From Tubiluchus corallicola (Eukaryota > Animalia > Priapulida), in assembly GCA_030141605.1 (NCBI GenBank), contig JAQGDQ010000043.1:682001-746000 (forward strand): a stretch of DNA of 64,000 nt, read 5' to 3'. Below, piece by piece: positions 24,018 to 35,437 of this stretch; position 1 is the first letter of the stretch, and each line of letters starts with the position of its first letter. The notes under the pieces were generated by a model that was not told where the DNA came from, searched no databases, and was given only the letters and a program-made list of their open reading frames with translations. The translations under genes were made by a program, and so were the position numbers.

Positions 24018-27000
24018 TTAGACTTGAGACAAGCACTCTGCCCAATGAGAAGCCGTCTTATCACAATTGCCTTTACCTTCATCGCTATCCTATAAAAAAT
24101 CATTCAACCAATGTTGATGATGAAGTCAAATTACACCGCATATTGTACTTAAAAAATCAGGCATAGACTATGAAACACACATTTATTAAAATGTCAAATT
24201 TATATGCAGGTTAATGTTTAGTCTTTCAGATAATGATTTATCAGCAAAAATTAGCAATAAAGATGAATTGAATGGTTAATATGGTTGGCAAGCTTTTACA
24301 TAATCCAAAAATCTACAACAAAATTTTCTATTTACCTCCAGTTGTTTGTAGCACCCTTTTTTGTGTTTGATGAGGTCTCCCCACAGAACTATTGTTTTGC
24401 AAACTGGGCAGTATCCATCTACAGGGATTAAAAATTTCCTGGTTTCTTCATTGTTTCCCAAAAAGTGTTTGGCCAAACATATCATGTGACTTTTGCTAGT
24501 GCAGCTTGGCAACAAGCAGTTAACTATGTGTTCTGGTTCCTGTACAAGGAAAAACAGTCCCACTGTAACTAATCACGGAATTTAATTACTGGCACATATC
24601 AAATGAAAACCTTTGGTTTACAAAAATATTCTTAAGGTCCCCGGGAAACAGATACAGTATGTATTGCAAAAATTAAATCAATTCTTTACAGATGTATGCA
24701 ATTAAGAGGCATTTACTATTTGATGCAGTCCAAATAATTGGATAATTTTGATTAGAAATACAGTTTATCATTTCTTTACCAATTATGCAGCGCAACTGCA
24801 GCAATGTTATATAGCAATAGTAAGACTGCAATCATTTTCCAACAGATTTACACATAATAATAACATAACAAGTGTTTACCACAGTAAAAAATGCATGCAA
24901 TCACAAATATTTTTATCATTATACCACTTGTTTATTTTTAGGTGCTAATTTGATAATCTGATTTTCACAGATTATTTATTTTTAATTATGGAAATAATTG
25001 TTTCTGCATGAGTTTCTGCAGCTAAGTTAACTTATACAATGTTACAGTATATATCAATAAACACTACACACTAACTCATTATAATAAGCTTGCGCTCCTG
25101 TAGCAGAATAATTTGCACATTTCTAACTTTTTTTGTACAGGCGCTTTTGCTTGAATTTGGATCCTCTCTCGAATTTGGGTCCCCACAAGGCAGCTACACT
25201 ACAGCAATCAAGAGGAAATATATTGTTGACTACAGTGTTTAATTTGACAAACCTTCAATGCTTGTTGACATATAGAGCACAACTGTTGCTCCTGCAAATC
25301 CTTGTCTTTATCAATTCTCTTCTCAAAAGTATCTATAGCAGTAACCTGAAATCATCAAAGTACATATTAGCTGCCTATTTGGAGGCTATAAACATGGTTC
25401 TAATAAAACTGATAAGCCTACTAATGCAATATGTGTGTGAATTTCAGATTGCAAAACAATCCTCACAATTATCACTGCAAGTTAAAGACACCTTACATTA
25501 TTTTTCTATAGTTTCCATGAAAATTGCAAGAAAAAATGCATGCCTTTTTGCTCTTGACCAGTCCATAAGATATGCACATATGACTCGGTGGGTATAAACC
25601 TGCCGGAAAATCTAACTGATATTCTTGTTTAATCCAGCGGATTGTTAGTGGAAATCGGCACCACGGACCTGTTCGTAACATAATGCATGCTACACGAAAC
25701 AGGTATTCGTATTTCTTTTCGGGGGCTTTCTTCTTGACTCCAGATATCTTTTGTAATCGTCGAGACTTTTGAGGATGCTGCCAAGCCCATTCAAACTAAA
25801 TTTCAGAAGCAAATTCAAATGTATAAAGTTCTATTATACATACAAAATCAATAGGTTGTTACAAGTATAAGCGATGCACAAAATATATTATCTGGAAAAA
25901 AGCACAGAAGTAATTTATTACCATAAACCATAATTTATTACACCAATGAAGCTGATTACAAAATTAGAATTATTTTGAATGCCAACTTCTATTAGCACAA
26001 TTTTTTTTCAAATTATATTTTCCTTTTTTTTGTAAAATAAGACTGTTTGCGTAATTAATGCGGTTGGTCGAATCCTTTATTTCAGGAGAAATATTTCGTT
26101 ACTTCTAAGCAGCTGTTTGCTTGAAATTTGTGTAAATCCTTATTTTCCACACATTACACAACAGCAGCAGATGTACATATAATGATTTAGTATCTAATGA
26201 GAAAATTAGTGCCTCGCGTAGGTTGGCATAGTACATTTATAAGTGATGCAAAAATGACTTCATCATACCCTTAATGCAGATATTTCATTAGGAAAACCAT
26301 GTATAATTAGTATCATCTCCCTAGAAAACAAACCATAGCTGATTATAAAACTGGGTTCTGAATCAGAGCAAAATTTCCAGCTACATATTAAAATATTTCC
26401 AAGTTTGAAACTCCTGCCATATTGGTCAGTATGTCGCATACAATAATGACGTTCATAAAAACTAGTTGGTCAAATGCCAGGAAATTTAATGCTATACCTA
26501 CCAACCTATTAAGTTTTTCAATTTCAAATTTTAGATCACATAGTAAATTTAATGTAGAGGAGAATTAGAGAACTGCTTTGAATGTTTTTTCCTATACAAT
26601 TTAAATCACATTCTAAACAATTACCAGCAGAATTTAATGACTAAACACTCCTACGATTCACCTTTTCTTCATTTACAATGTGCATGTTAAGTGAGCTATA
26701 CTGACAGCTCGGTTGTTGCTCGCACTTCCTAATCTTATTGACGATGCTAATCATTTTTGATTAACTTCCTAAATTCCTTTTGTGCCTTGGTATGTTACGC
26801 TCAATTGTAGAGTCTTACCATGGTCCCCGTCCACTCGTCCTGTAGGCTCCTCCAGCTTTTTTGCCTTTGTTGTGCTGTCTGATGCGTCGATTTGGGTTAT
26901 TAGTGAAGCCAATATATGTAAGGCCTTTGTATTTAGGATTTGTGCAAATTAACAAGTAACATCCAAAAAAGTTCTCCACAGTATTGACATCTGCCATCAT
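24018..27000 (-). CDS. SLX1: Structure-specific endonuclease subunit SLX1 (GIY-YIG plus RING-like zinc domain)
   Basis: Exons 27000-26819, 26320-26269, 25795-25544, 25345-25253, 24539-24336, 24089-24018. Motifs: FFGCYLL...[17 protein letters not shown]...[28 protein letters not shown]; CSIC...C..PSC...H..CLA..F...LIP..G.CP.C...WGDL. A probable 5' UTR donor lies at 27473. Confidence 0.95.
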
Positions 27001-27099
27001 TACTAAAGTACCCAACAAAATTTGTCTCAGAAAATATGAACTACAGTATTTTCAAAACTGAAAACTTAAGAAAAACGTTTTTCAGTTAGCTTATTATTT

Positions 27100-27400
27100 A
27101 TACTGGTGGACAATGGTACACATCCTTACATGCATTGGTGAAATGACAGAGTGACAAAGTGATACCCTGGTGAAATGTACCTTTACCTAAATGTATATTG
27201 CACTATATGTAGTACTCATGGCGAAATGACAAACGGGCCTATACCACTATCCAAATGTGTTTTGCACTACTGCTAATGCACACTAATGAAGTGTACTACT
27301 GTCTAAATGTGTAGACTAAGTAGAATTAGAGTAAAATGAGACTGGCAAAGTGGTACACTGCCGCAATGTGAACTGACAAATTGATACACATAATCATAAT
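27100..27400. repeat. Degenerate tandem repeat (GGTGAAATG/GGCAAAGTG-like units)
   Basis: Recurring CTGGTGAAATG(A/T)AC-type motifs at roughly 30-60 bp spacing in the SLX1 5' intron. Confidence 0.45.
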
Positions 27401-30400
27401 CATCATGCACAAGTCACATTAAATACCAAAACTGCAGCGTCATCAACCAAGATGTACAAATACTGTAACTTACCAAAGTTATTTCCACAAAAAAACATAT
27501 TTGAATGTAAATTACATAATTTAAAATCGACTACTAACATTAACACAATTTAGTTATTAGTTCTTTTACTTCTGACTATTATTTTGATGTGGAACATTTA
27601 TGCACTTTTTGAAGATGCAGGTAACAAAATATATTACTTTGTCAGCGTCAAGACCTAGATTTACCTATGGATAGTTGTTTAATTTTCAGCTCAGCACAGT
27701 AACCTTTGCCGATACTAACGTTGTCAACAGAGGGCAGTACCAGTACCTATTTTATCTATGTACTCTGTATTTTTTGCATGTAGTATGTGAGCTTCCAAAC
27801 ATTTAATATTTCCTGTATTCTTGTTTTAGATCACAGTGTAATGTATCTGCCACGCCTCTTTAATTTATATATTTCAGGTAGACCATTGTTTTACATGCAA
27901 ACACCTTAGAATGAACATTACTTTAGGTTATGGTCCACCAAAAGTTTCAACGGTCACTCTAAATGAGATTTCCATTTCTAGACTTACTTGTATTAAATTG
28001 TTATCACCTACTTTTGCTGACATTTTCTACTTGACATTGATTCTGTCAGCTTATTTACTGCCATTTGTCTCTGGTACAATATTTCTGTAACCTCAACACC
28101 CAACACAACCACCATAAAAACAAAACACTAAACAAATGAGTTAAACTATAAAAGCTCCCCACTTAATAACTTTAACGAAGAAAAAGATCAGAACTTCGAA
28201 AGTGACGTAAGAAGAACTCCAACCATTTACAAAAATAATACAGACAGTTGAAAATGATAATTTTGACAGTGCTAAACTTTAGATAAATGTTACAGTGATA
28301 AGACACAGTGATTTAGTGAAGTTAAAGGTTTGAAGCAATTAACAGAAGTTGATGTAAAAGCGAGTGTATAACACACAGCTGCCAAACACATAATACTACA
28401 CGTATCATGCAGTTCACAAGAGAAATGGCAAAAAGGCTTACAATAATGTTAATATTGATATTGATTATCATACATCCTAGCACTTAGCTCATTAATTTAT
28501 CTGGCTGTTTTCATGTTCTGGGAAAGCGTAAACAATAAAACAATGCATTCTACGCCAGTTTCTTCTAAAGCACACTAATGTGCACATTGTGTATTATATA
28601 CGCTGGCGCATATTGAATATTGTATACGATATTTTACGGTATACGCGACACTAAATTTTGTCATGTATCTAGTTCTTTTGTGACGCACATTCCTGTTGTT
28701 TACTGACTGGTTTCCTGTCACATACTATATTTCTGAAATAAAATTTTACATGTTAAATGCAGTTACATTCTAATAAAATGCTAATCTGAACTTACAGTGT
28801 GTTTGTCTGCTTAATTCACTTTAATTCAGTTTTAAAAATGTAATAGTTGCTATTTTTCACAAAAATATCTCGTTATTTGTATGTATACTTGCTTCCACTT
28901 CTGCAGAGAGTCAAGCTGCTACAGTTACATTGTCTGATACCGATTCTGAATTTGTCAGTATCGCGACGGCACTATCGTGTTATTCTATTTACTGCCTTTC
29001 CAGACCTAAAAGTTATGCTAGTTTGATGCCAGATTGCTTAGTCATTTTTTGGCTTCTTTTTTGCGACCTTTGACCTCTCGCGACTGGATGCACAACACAA
29101 GACGAACGTATTTTTGAAACTTGAACCTTCTGTGCTCGAATTTTGCACTAAATGGCTCTGGGCTGACGCTCTCAATAGCTTCCCTCTGGCGTGTAGAAGT
29201 AACTTGAAAATCACCTATTTCCTTTTACTCGTAATGCAGGCTGCTGAAAAATACGGATTCAGCTACAACACACAAAATCCACAGTTTTATCTTTAAGACA
29301 AACCTAACGTTTTCAAAAACGAAAGGGGAATAAACAACAGAACTGAAATTCCCGCGGCTATAATAACACTAGCAGCAATACAAATTACACAATGAGGGCA
29401 ATCTTTCTTTAAAATGAGCATCATGTGCACCAGTACGACTCTAACAGGGCTTAAGAAAAAATACTACATTTACACATTTTTCTCAGTGGAACACATCGCG
29501 CAAGACATAATAATGTGTTAACAAGAATTTGCAGTTAACCATGTTTGTGGATTTCGCTATCGTCATGCTGTCTAATTGACTGCAGCTTCTTCAAATCATC
29601 AATATTATTGACTTGAGCAGGGTCGGAACTAGATGTGGCAAGCAGGGGGGGGGGGGGCGCTTGAGTCAGCTCAAGTCACTTGAGATCAAATGAATATAAT
29701 TATAGCATCAGCAAATAACAACGATGGATTAATAGAAACGATAGGCCAAGGCCTACTTTGTTGAAGTCTGGTGTCAACCATAGAGAAGTATGTGAACCAA
29801 GAGAGTGCACTATCTCAATGGTTAACAGATCTGCCAATTTCATGATTAGGGTATAATGCCAATTGCTGAATCAGAAAACGAAGCAGACTGTGCTGTGACA
29901 AAAACCAGAATAAGGTTGCCATAAGTGCTACACTAGCTGGAATCTGGGCATGGCGGAATAACTGTTCTAGCCTAGTCCTGGTACTGGAATCTGGACAGGA
30001 CGAAAGAATGGACGCAGTGGGACTAAGCAATGAGAAGTACAAAACTAATGTTGATGTGGATCACATTCTAAAAGAATTTATGATGAGCAGAGCACATACA
30101 TTAGCGATTTGATACAATACAACACAATGCAATGTAATATAGTATGAATATAGCAAATATAAGTGACTTAGAGTGGAGTCCCAGCACACTGAGTGCAGAT
30201 GTAAAATGATACATTAGGACCTTAAAGAACAAGAAAAGGGGTACCTGAAGTGGTTTCAGAAAAATCGCCTTAAAAATTATGTTACTTTATAGCAACTTTA
30301 TGCGTATATTGTACTCCCATTAAAAGGATTTTTTATTTGTTTTCATTTTAAATTTCCCACGACACTGTTTCGACCACGCCATTACATGGCGTCATACACG

Positions 30401-31204
30401 CACAACGTAAATCAGGGGAAGAAAAGTTATTGTTAAACTATGTCCCAAAAAACTTTCCATGCAAGAAAGAAAACTATTAATCATTTGAAATGCTTTCATC
30501 AATTGGTAAAATGTTGCTGACTCACCCTCACATAACTTCGAGAAAGGCAAAGAGAGGGAAGTGAGTGCGTGCGTGCGTGTGTGCATGTGCGTGAGGGTCT
30601 GTGTGTGGGTGCATGTTTGTTTGAATGAGTATGTTTTTGCATACAATTACATAAACATATGATATATAGCCCATCGCACAATTTACCACATACTTATTCC
30701 TAGAATTATAGTATTATACAGAAAAAGTACTGTTCACATAGGTATGTATAGTATGCAAAAGTTTATATTTATGTATAAATATTGAATTTCTGTCGTACAC
30801 AAACTACAAATCCTAATTAAAATACGCGACATATATAAAAAGATTAAAAACATAAAATACAGTATTAAAAAACATGCACGGACTACTAACATATTTACAA
30901 GAGAAAATTAATTTGTAGGTAAATAATTTAAAACACATTATTATTAAAAATGGACAACCTATTTTAGACTAATGTAAAATTAATTGCATAGCCATAAAAC
31001 TCCTGTGCACATTTGTTTCATACAAATTTTTAATCACTGTAATTAATTCATACTTTATTTTGCACACTGTTCAGAAAGTTACGACTGACTACAGATTTGA
31101 CAAATTTTATAATTGAGTTACCAGTTATTAAATCATACTTATATGTAAAGTTCCACACATTCTTCCAAAACTTGCGATACCCATGATAATAATGATTATA
31201 AACA

Positions 31205-32579
31205 GGCAAATCCGTGGATGTGTCTGGTTCCGTTACTCGACTCCCTGGTGATAGGGTGTCGAGGAGCCGGTTTAAAGTTTCCTCCGGTGAACTGGTTAAT
31301 TTACCGTCTTCTTTATACACACAGCTTAACTGCGCTGCTTTATTTCGGCGGAGGACCTTTACCAACCTAGCAGTTGGTGCCTGATCTTCCATCTTTTCCG
31401 TGAAACTCCGCCAGGATTGGCGTTTCGCCTTCCGGACGGCGTTTTTGAATATAGACTGGGTTAGCTTTCTTGTTTCCCAGTCTCGTTGATTTTTAGTCTT
31501 AGTGGCTCTCCTGCAAGCCCTGTGCACCTCCTTGCGGAGACGGCTTAGCTCCGGATTCCACCATTTGTTCCCATCCTTCTTCCTCTGCCTACGTAATTGG
31601 CAAGCAGTTTCATAAGAATGAATAACAGCAGCCTGAACTTCATCAGCCAAATCCTCAATATCCTCATTGGAGGACACCTTGTATTCCCGGTTCAGTTCTG
31701 GAAGTTTATGCTCAAGTTCTTCCGCATACTTTTCCCAGCAAGTACGGCGGATGTTCCTGATAAGTGGGTTTTCTTTTGAAATACTGCTTTTCACTAGGAA
31801 TCTTATATACATGTGGTCAGACAGCGATGGCACGTCACTGACATACCAATCGCATACTATGTCCCCTGCATGCAGATTCCTCAGTGTCAAGTCTAGCACC
31901 TCTTCTCTTGCTTTTGTTCGGAACGTTGGTTTACGGCCAACATTACAGAACTCAAGATTAGCGCTTGCACAATACTCCAAGAGTTCCTCACCCCTGTCGT
32001 TGACATCGGTGGAACCCCATAACGTATGATGCGCATTAGCATCAGTCCCCACAATAATTGGAGTTTTATCACCGTCCCCGAATGATATCAGTTCCCTGAG
32101 TAACATAGGGGGAGCCGGTTGATCATGCACCATGTATGCCGAGGCGAAAATGAACTCATCTCCATCCCGGCACACATTTTTGCTTTAACCACCACAATGT
32201 CTGTATTCGAGAACACTGGAAGTAAAAAGCATTTTAGGTTAGGAGTGGCATAAATGCACGCCCGAGGCCTTTCTCCATTCCGGTTTCCCTGGAACAGATC
32301 CCATCCTCGGAGTTTACCCCTAACTTCCCCACCATGCGTCCAGGGTTCCTGTACAAAGACTAACCCGGTACGTATGTGTTTTACAACATCCTGCAAGTTG
32401 TAACTCGCAGCTTTGCTTTTGTGAAGATTGATTTGCCAGCACTCAATACCAGAGACACTTTGTGCTGGCTTCTCACCTATTTTATCCAAATTGTCCCCGG
32501 AAATAACATTCAATCTACCGTGGGTATTTCCACCGAAGACTGTCTGCGGCCGGGATTTTACTTTAGCCCCTGTTCCCAT
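31205..32579 (-). pseudogene. Retrotransposon ORF2 endonuclease, frameshifted and truncated
   Basis: Split between ORFs 32088-32579 and 31048-32175. One missing base in the A-run at ~32177-32181 explains the frame change. Confidence 0.85.
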
Positions 32580-32591
32580 ACTTTTCTGTAT

Positions 32592-33953
32592 TTACGTTTC
32601 CATACTGGACTCGGGTGCCTTCATCTGCGATTGCTCGACAGACGGCAGCTCCTTTGTTCCAGTGGCAACGTCGGGGGTTTTTCCACCCTCGGTACTCACT
32701 TCTGGACCCTTATCCACCGTTTGAACAGGTGTTTCCGGTTCCTTGGCTTTCCCTTGGTTTTTCTTTTTCTTTTTGGACTGGAACGTGACTCGTTTGCATC
32801 CGGCGTACGGAGCAAACTCCAGTCGTTCCAGACCTGACAGGGACGGTTCCCAGACCGCTACTACGTGTAGCATTCCGCCGACCCCTTTTGACCCACCGCG
32901 GACCTCCATGTGCTTCCGTTGGAGTTCCGAATTACATCGGTCCACCAACATCAGCAGATCCTCGATTTTGATATCATCCTCATCCGGAATCCAAACCCCG
33001 AAGGTCCTTGCTGGCGGAAGATCTTTCGGTCCTCTCGCCTCGTACCCCGGGTGGCCCACAGATGGGTTTTCAATGTCCAGGACAAGCTGTTTTGCCCACT
33101 CCAGGGTTTTCTCGTCCTTGCACACGACATGGACTTTACCTTCATGTAGGTAGGTCCTCTCAATGCGGACAAGAAACCCCGGATCTGTTCTGAGAAGGAC
33201 ACGGTTGATCCCCGACTGTATTGCCCGTAAATCCGAGCCGTCCAGAGGGTCTTCTCCCGCGTCCTTTTTTGTAATTTTAAGGTGTTGGCCGCCAGACTTC
33301 ACAGCCTTGGCGTATGAGGCCTTACTGCTTCCTTCTGTGCCTTCACCCTTTTGACCTTCCTCTCCCTTACGCCCCGCTTGCCCGGAGTCACCCCGGGGTC
33401 GCTTCACGTTCGAGATCGGACTTGGAGTTGAGAGAGCGCTGCTCGTTCTCTTTTTCACCACCGATGGGTTAGGAGTGGGAGCCTCCTCCTGATTGGCGAT
33501 CGACATAGCGGACACACCTTTCAGAAGTCGTCTCTTTTCCTTCTTCCGCCGTTTTTTTTCATGATTTTTCCCCATCGGTTTCGATTCCTCGGGCTTGCTG
33601 GGCTCATTTGGAGCACCAGGATTCCGGGTATCTACTCCTTCTGGGGCAGGTACGGTGTTCAGAGTATACTCTGACGATGCCGAACCTTTACTGGTCTTTG
33701 TAGTCCATGGATTCCCTTTTTCAGAGACTTGCATGTCCTCAGTTTTCGTTTCTTCCAAGAACTCCGTAATTTTCGGCTGTTCTGGTTTCAAATCTGGTTC
33801 ACGGGAAGATCCGGCTTTCACCGGCTTGTTCCCTGCAGCTTCGTTTAAATTTTGATGACGGGAAGATCCGGCTTTCACCGGCTTGTTCCCAGCAGGTTTT
33901 AATTTTGTTAGGGTAGGGAGCCGTGCTGGACTCGATTTTTCTTTCTCGTTCAT
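32592..33953 (-). CDS. Retrotransposon ORF1 (gag-like nucleic-acid chaperone)
   Basis: Long open frame (first ATG 33953) with a Lys/Ser/Pro-rich N-terminus, the SYAKAVK motif, and G...VVCKDEKTLEWAK (reminiscent of the DUF4780-type ORF1 of LOA-like elements). Confidence 0.8.
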   Translation of the reverse strand: MNEKEKSSPARLPTLTKLKPAGNKPVKAGSSRHQNLNEAAGNKPVKAGSSREPDLKPEQPKITEFLEETKTEDMQVSEKGNPWTTKTSKGSASSEYTLNTVPAPEGVDTRNPGAPNEPSKPEESKPMGKNHEKKRRKKEKRRLLKGVSAMSIANQEEAPTPNPSVVKKRTSSALSTPSPISNVKRPRGDSGQAGRKGEEGQKGEGTEGSSKASYAKAVKSGGQHLKITKKDAGEDPLDGSDLRAIQSGINRVLLRTDPGFLVRIERTYLHEGKVHVVCKDEKTLEWAKQLVLDIENPSVGHPGYEARGPKDLPPARTFGVWIPDEDDIKIEDLLMLVDRCNSELQRKHMEVRGGSKGVGGMLHVVAVWEPSLSGLERLEFAPYAGCKRVTFQSKKKKKNQGKAKEPETPVQTVDKGPEVSTEGGKTPDVATGTKELPSVEQSQMKAPESSMET

Positions 33954-34463
33954 TTCATAAGTTTGTTGGTTTTTAAAGCGGGTAAACTCCAACCCAGGAG
34001 CCGACTGGCACTCACCAGCCCCCTCCGACCGGAAGAGATCAGGGACCTAGTACTGACGGACTTGTCAACGAAAGGTGGCCTCGGGAATGCCCCCCCAACG
34101 CACTCGCAGGCCCCTATCCAGTCGCCAACTGGAGCTACGAGTGCGAGGAGATTTTCACGAGTTGACGGAGGCAGCCCTCCCAGGTGGCTAGACCAGGAGC
34201 GGGCCTCTAGAACTACCTCGTGGCCGCGGCACGGAGCGCGTTTTAGACCTGTACCCTCCTTCACGATGAGATTCCGTCATAGGTTCCTTTCCCTCCCCCG
34301 CCTTTAGAGACAAGGTTCATGACAGCCGGTGGCCTTTGGAGGACAGACTCAGATTACGGAATGGGGAAGACTTCGGAGAAAACAGGCTTCTCGCTTTCGC
34401 TTGTTCCTGAGTTCCTAATTCTCCCACCACGCCCCATCCTTGTTCATTCCCCAGCAGCCAGGG

Positions 34464-34554
34464 TGTTCCTAGTCAGCCAGAATCATTTGATAACCCTCGG
34501 GTCCATCATCTGTTGCCCGCGCGACACCACGTGGAGGTCAGGAACATGCCACGC
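34464..34554 (-). ncRNA. HDV-like self-cleaving ribozyme at the retrotransposon 5' end
   Basis: Minus strand: P1 GCGUGGC/GUCGCGC; J1/2 A; P2 UGUUCCUG/UAGGAACA; P3 ACC/GGU with L3 UCCACGU; GG for P1.1 followed by GCAA; P4 CAGA.UGAU..ACCC-GA-GGGU.AUCA..UCUG; J4/2 GCUGAC with candidate catalytic C. Confidence 0.85.
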
Positions 34555-35437
34555 TGACTTGAAGGGTAAATACAAAGTATTTGTTCATGGAGATGAGAAA
34601 AGCTCACATACGGGTGTTGGTTTTGCTTATTTGTCAGATTTCTCGTGTACGTTTGATAATACAAGTTCCAGAATAGTTGCACTAAAGACAACAGTTGGCA
34701 AGAAGAAATTCACAATTTTGAATGGCTATGCTCCAACATTAATAGCTAGTGAAAAAGATCCGAAAGTAAGAGAAAATTTCTATGATGACCTGGATAACTA
34801 TATAAATACTGTGCCAAAAACTCATATTTTGATCATCTGTGGAGATTTCAAAGCTAAAATCGGAGTACTACATAGCAAACTTCCAAATCACATTGGTAAA
34901 TAGGGAAAAGGCAAAGAGAACAGAAATGTAATTCGATTAGCAGAAACTATAGTAACCAGAAACCTAATTGTAAGCAACTCAGTATTCCACCACAAATATG
35001 CGTATGTAACAACTTGGCAAACGACACATAAGAATAAAAAATCATGGAACAGCGAACCAAGGAGAAATCCCCTCAGAAACCAAATAGACTTCATACTAGT
35101 CAGAAGAATACATATGAGACTAGTAACCAACTCAAGATCATACTCCGTCACACTCTTTGCCATTACTATGGACCATTCCCTAGTAATTGCACAGATGTCA
35201 CTAAAGTGGGTAAACATAAGGCACAAAAAACATCAGATAAAGCACTAGATGTACAGAAACTAAAAGACTCGAATGTTTTAAACGATTATCAGACCAAGCT
35301 TAATGAAAATTTAAGTGACAAGCACTTTGAAACTGATGCTGCTCAACAATGGGAACAATTGAAAAAAATCAATGAAGAATGCTGCTGCTGAAACCATTGT
35401 TAATTCGACATGTGACTCCAGAGATGATGATGATGAT
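34555..35437 (+). mobile_element. RTE-like LINE remnant (endonuclease part joined to a (GAT)n tail)
   Basis: GVGF...SSRIVAL...YAPT...ENFYDDL...ICGDFKAKIG...TW...RNQIDFILV, with a stop at ~34900 and frameshifts; ends in GATGATGATGATGA at ~35423-35437. Confidence 0.8.

Larger units (their letters stand above)
31205..34554 (-). mobile_element. Non-LTR retrotransposon, LOA/R1/I-group-like, 5'-complete and 3'-truncated (no RT)
   Basis: Sharp GC-rich block. It has a ~600-nt 5' UTR, ORF1, and ORF2 with an APE endonuclease (QINLHKSKAAS, VQEPW, SAYM, GTDANAHH..WGS, PTF...EEVLDLTL, SDH) followed by KWWNPEL..LRK...AKRQSWRSF. The sequence switches to AT-rich DNA at ~31205. Confidence 0.9.

Noticed and set aside
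25090-25200. Alternative SLX1 exon
   Set aside because: It is open in two frames but lacks the CxxC and a good donor; exon 25345-25253 fits better.
32170-32185. Programmed ribosomal frameshift in ORF2
   Set aside because: There is no X XXY YYZ heptamer and the shift lies inside the endonuclease domain. A 1-bp deletion or homopolymer sequencing error is simpler.
32376-34307. Many plus-strand ORFs over the retrotransposon
   Set aside because: They are antisense shadows of GC-rich coding and UTR sequence and have no motifs.
34319-34903. 194-aa ORF as a genuine gene
   Set aside because: It is a chimera of antisense retrotransposon UTR (to 34554) and RTE endonuclease remnant, and ends at a decay stop.
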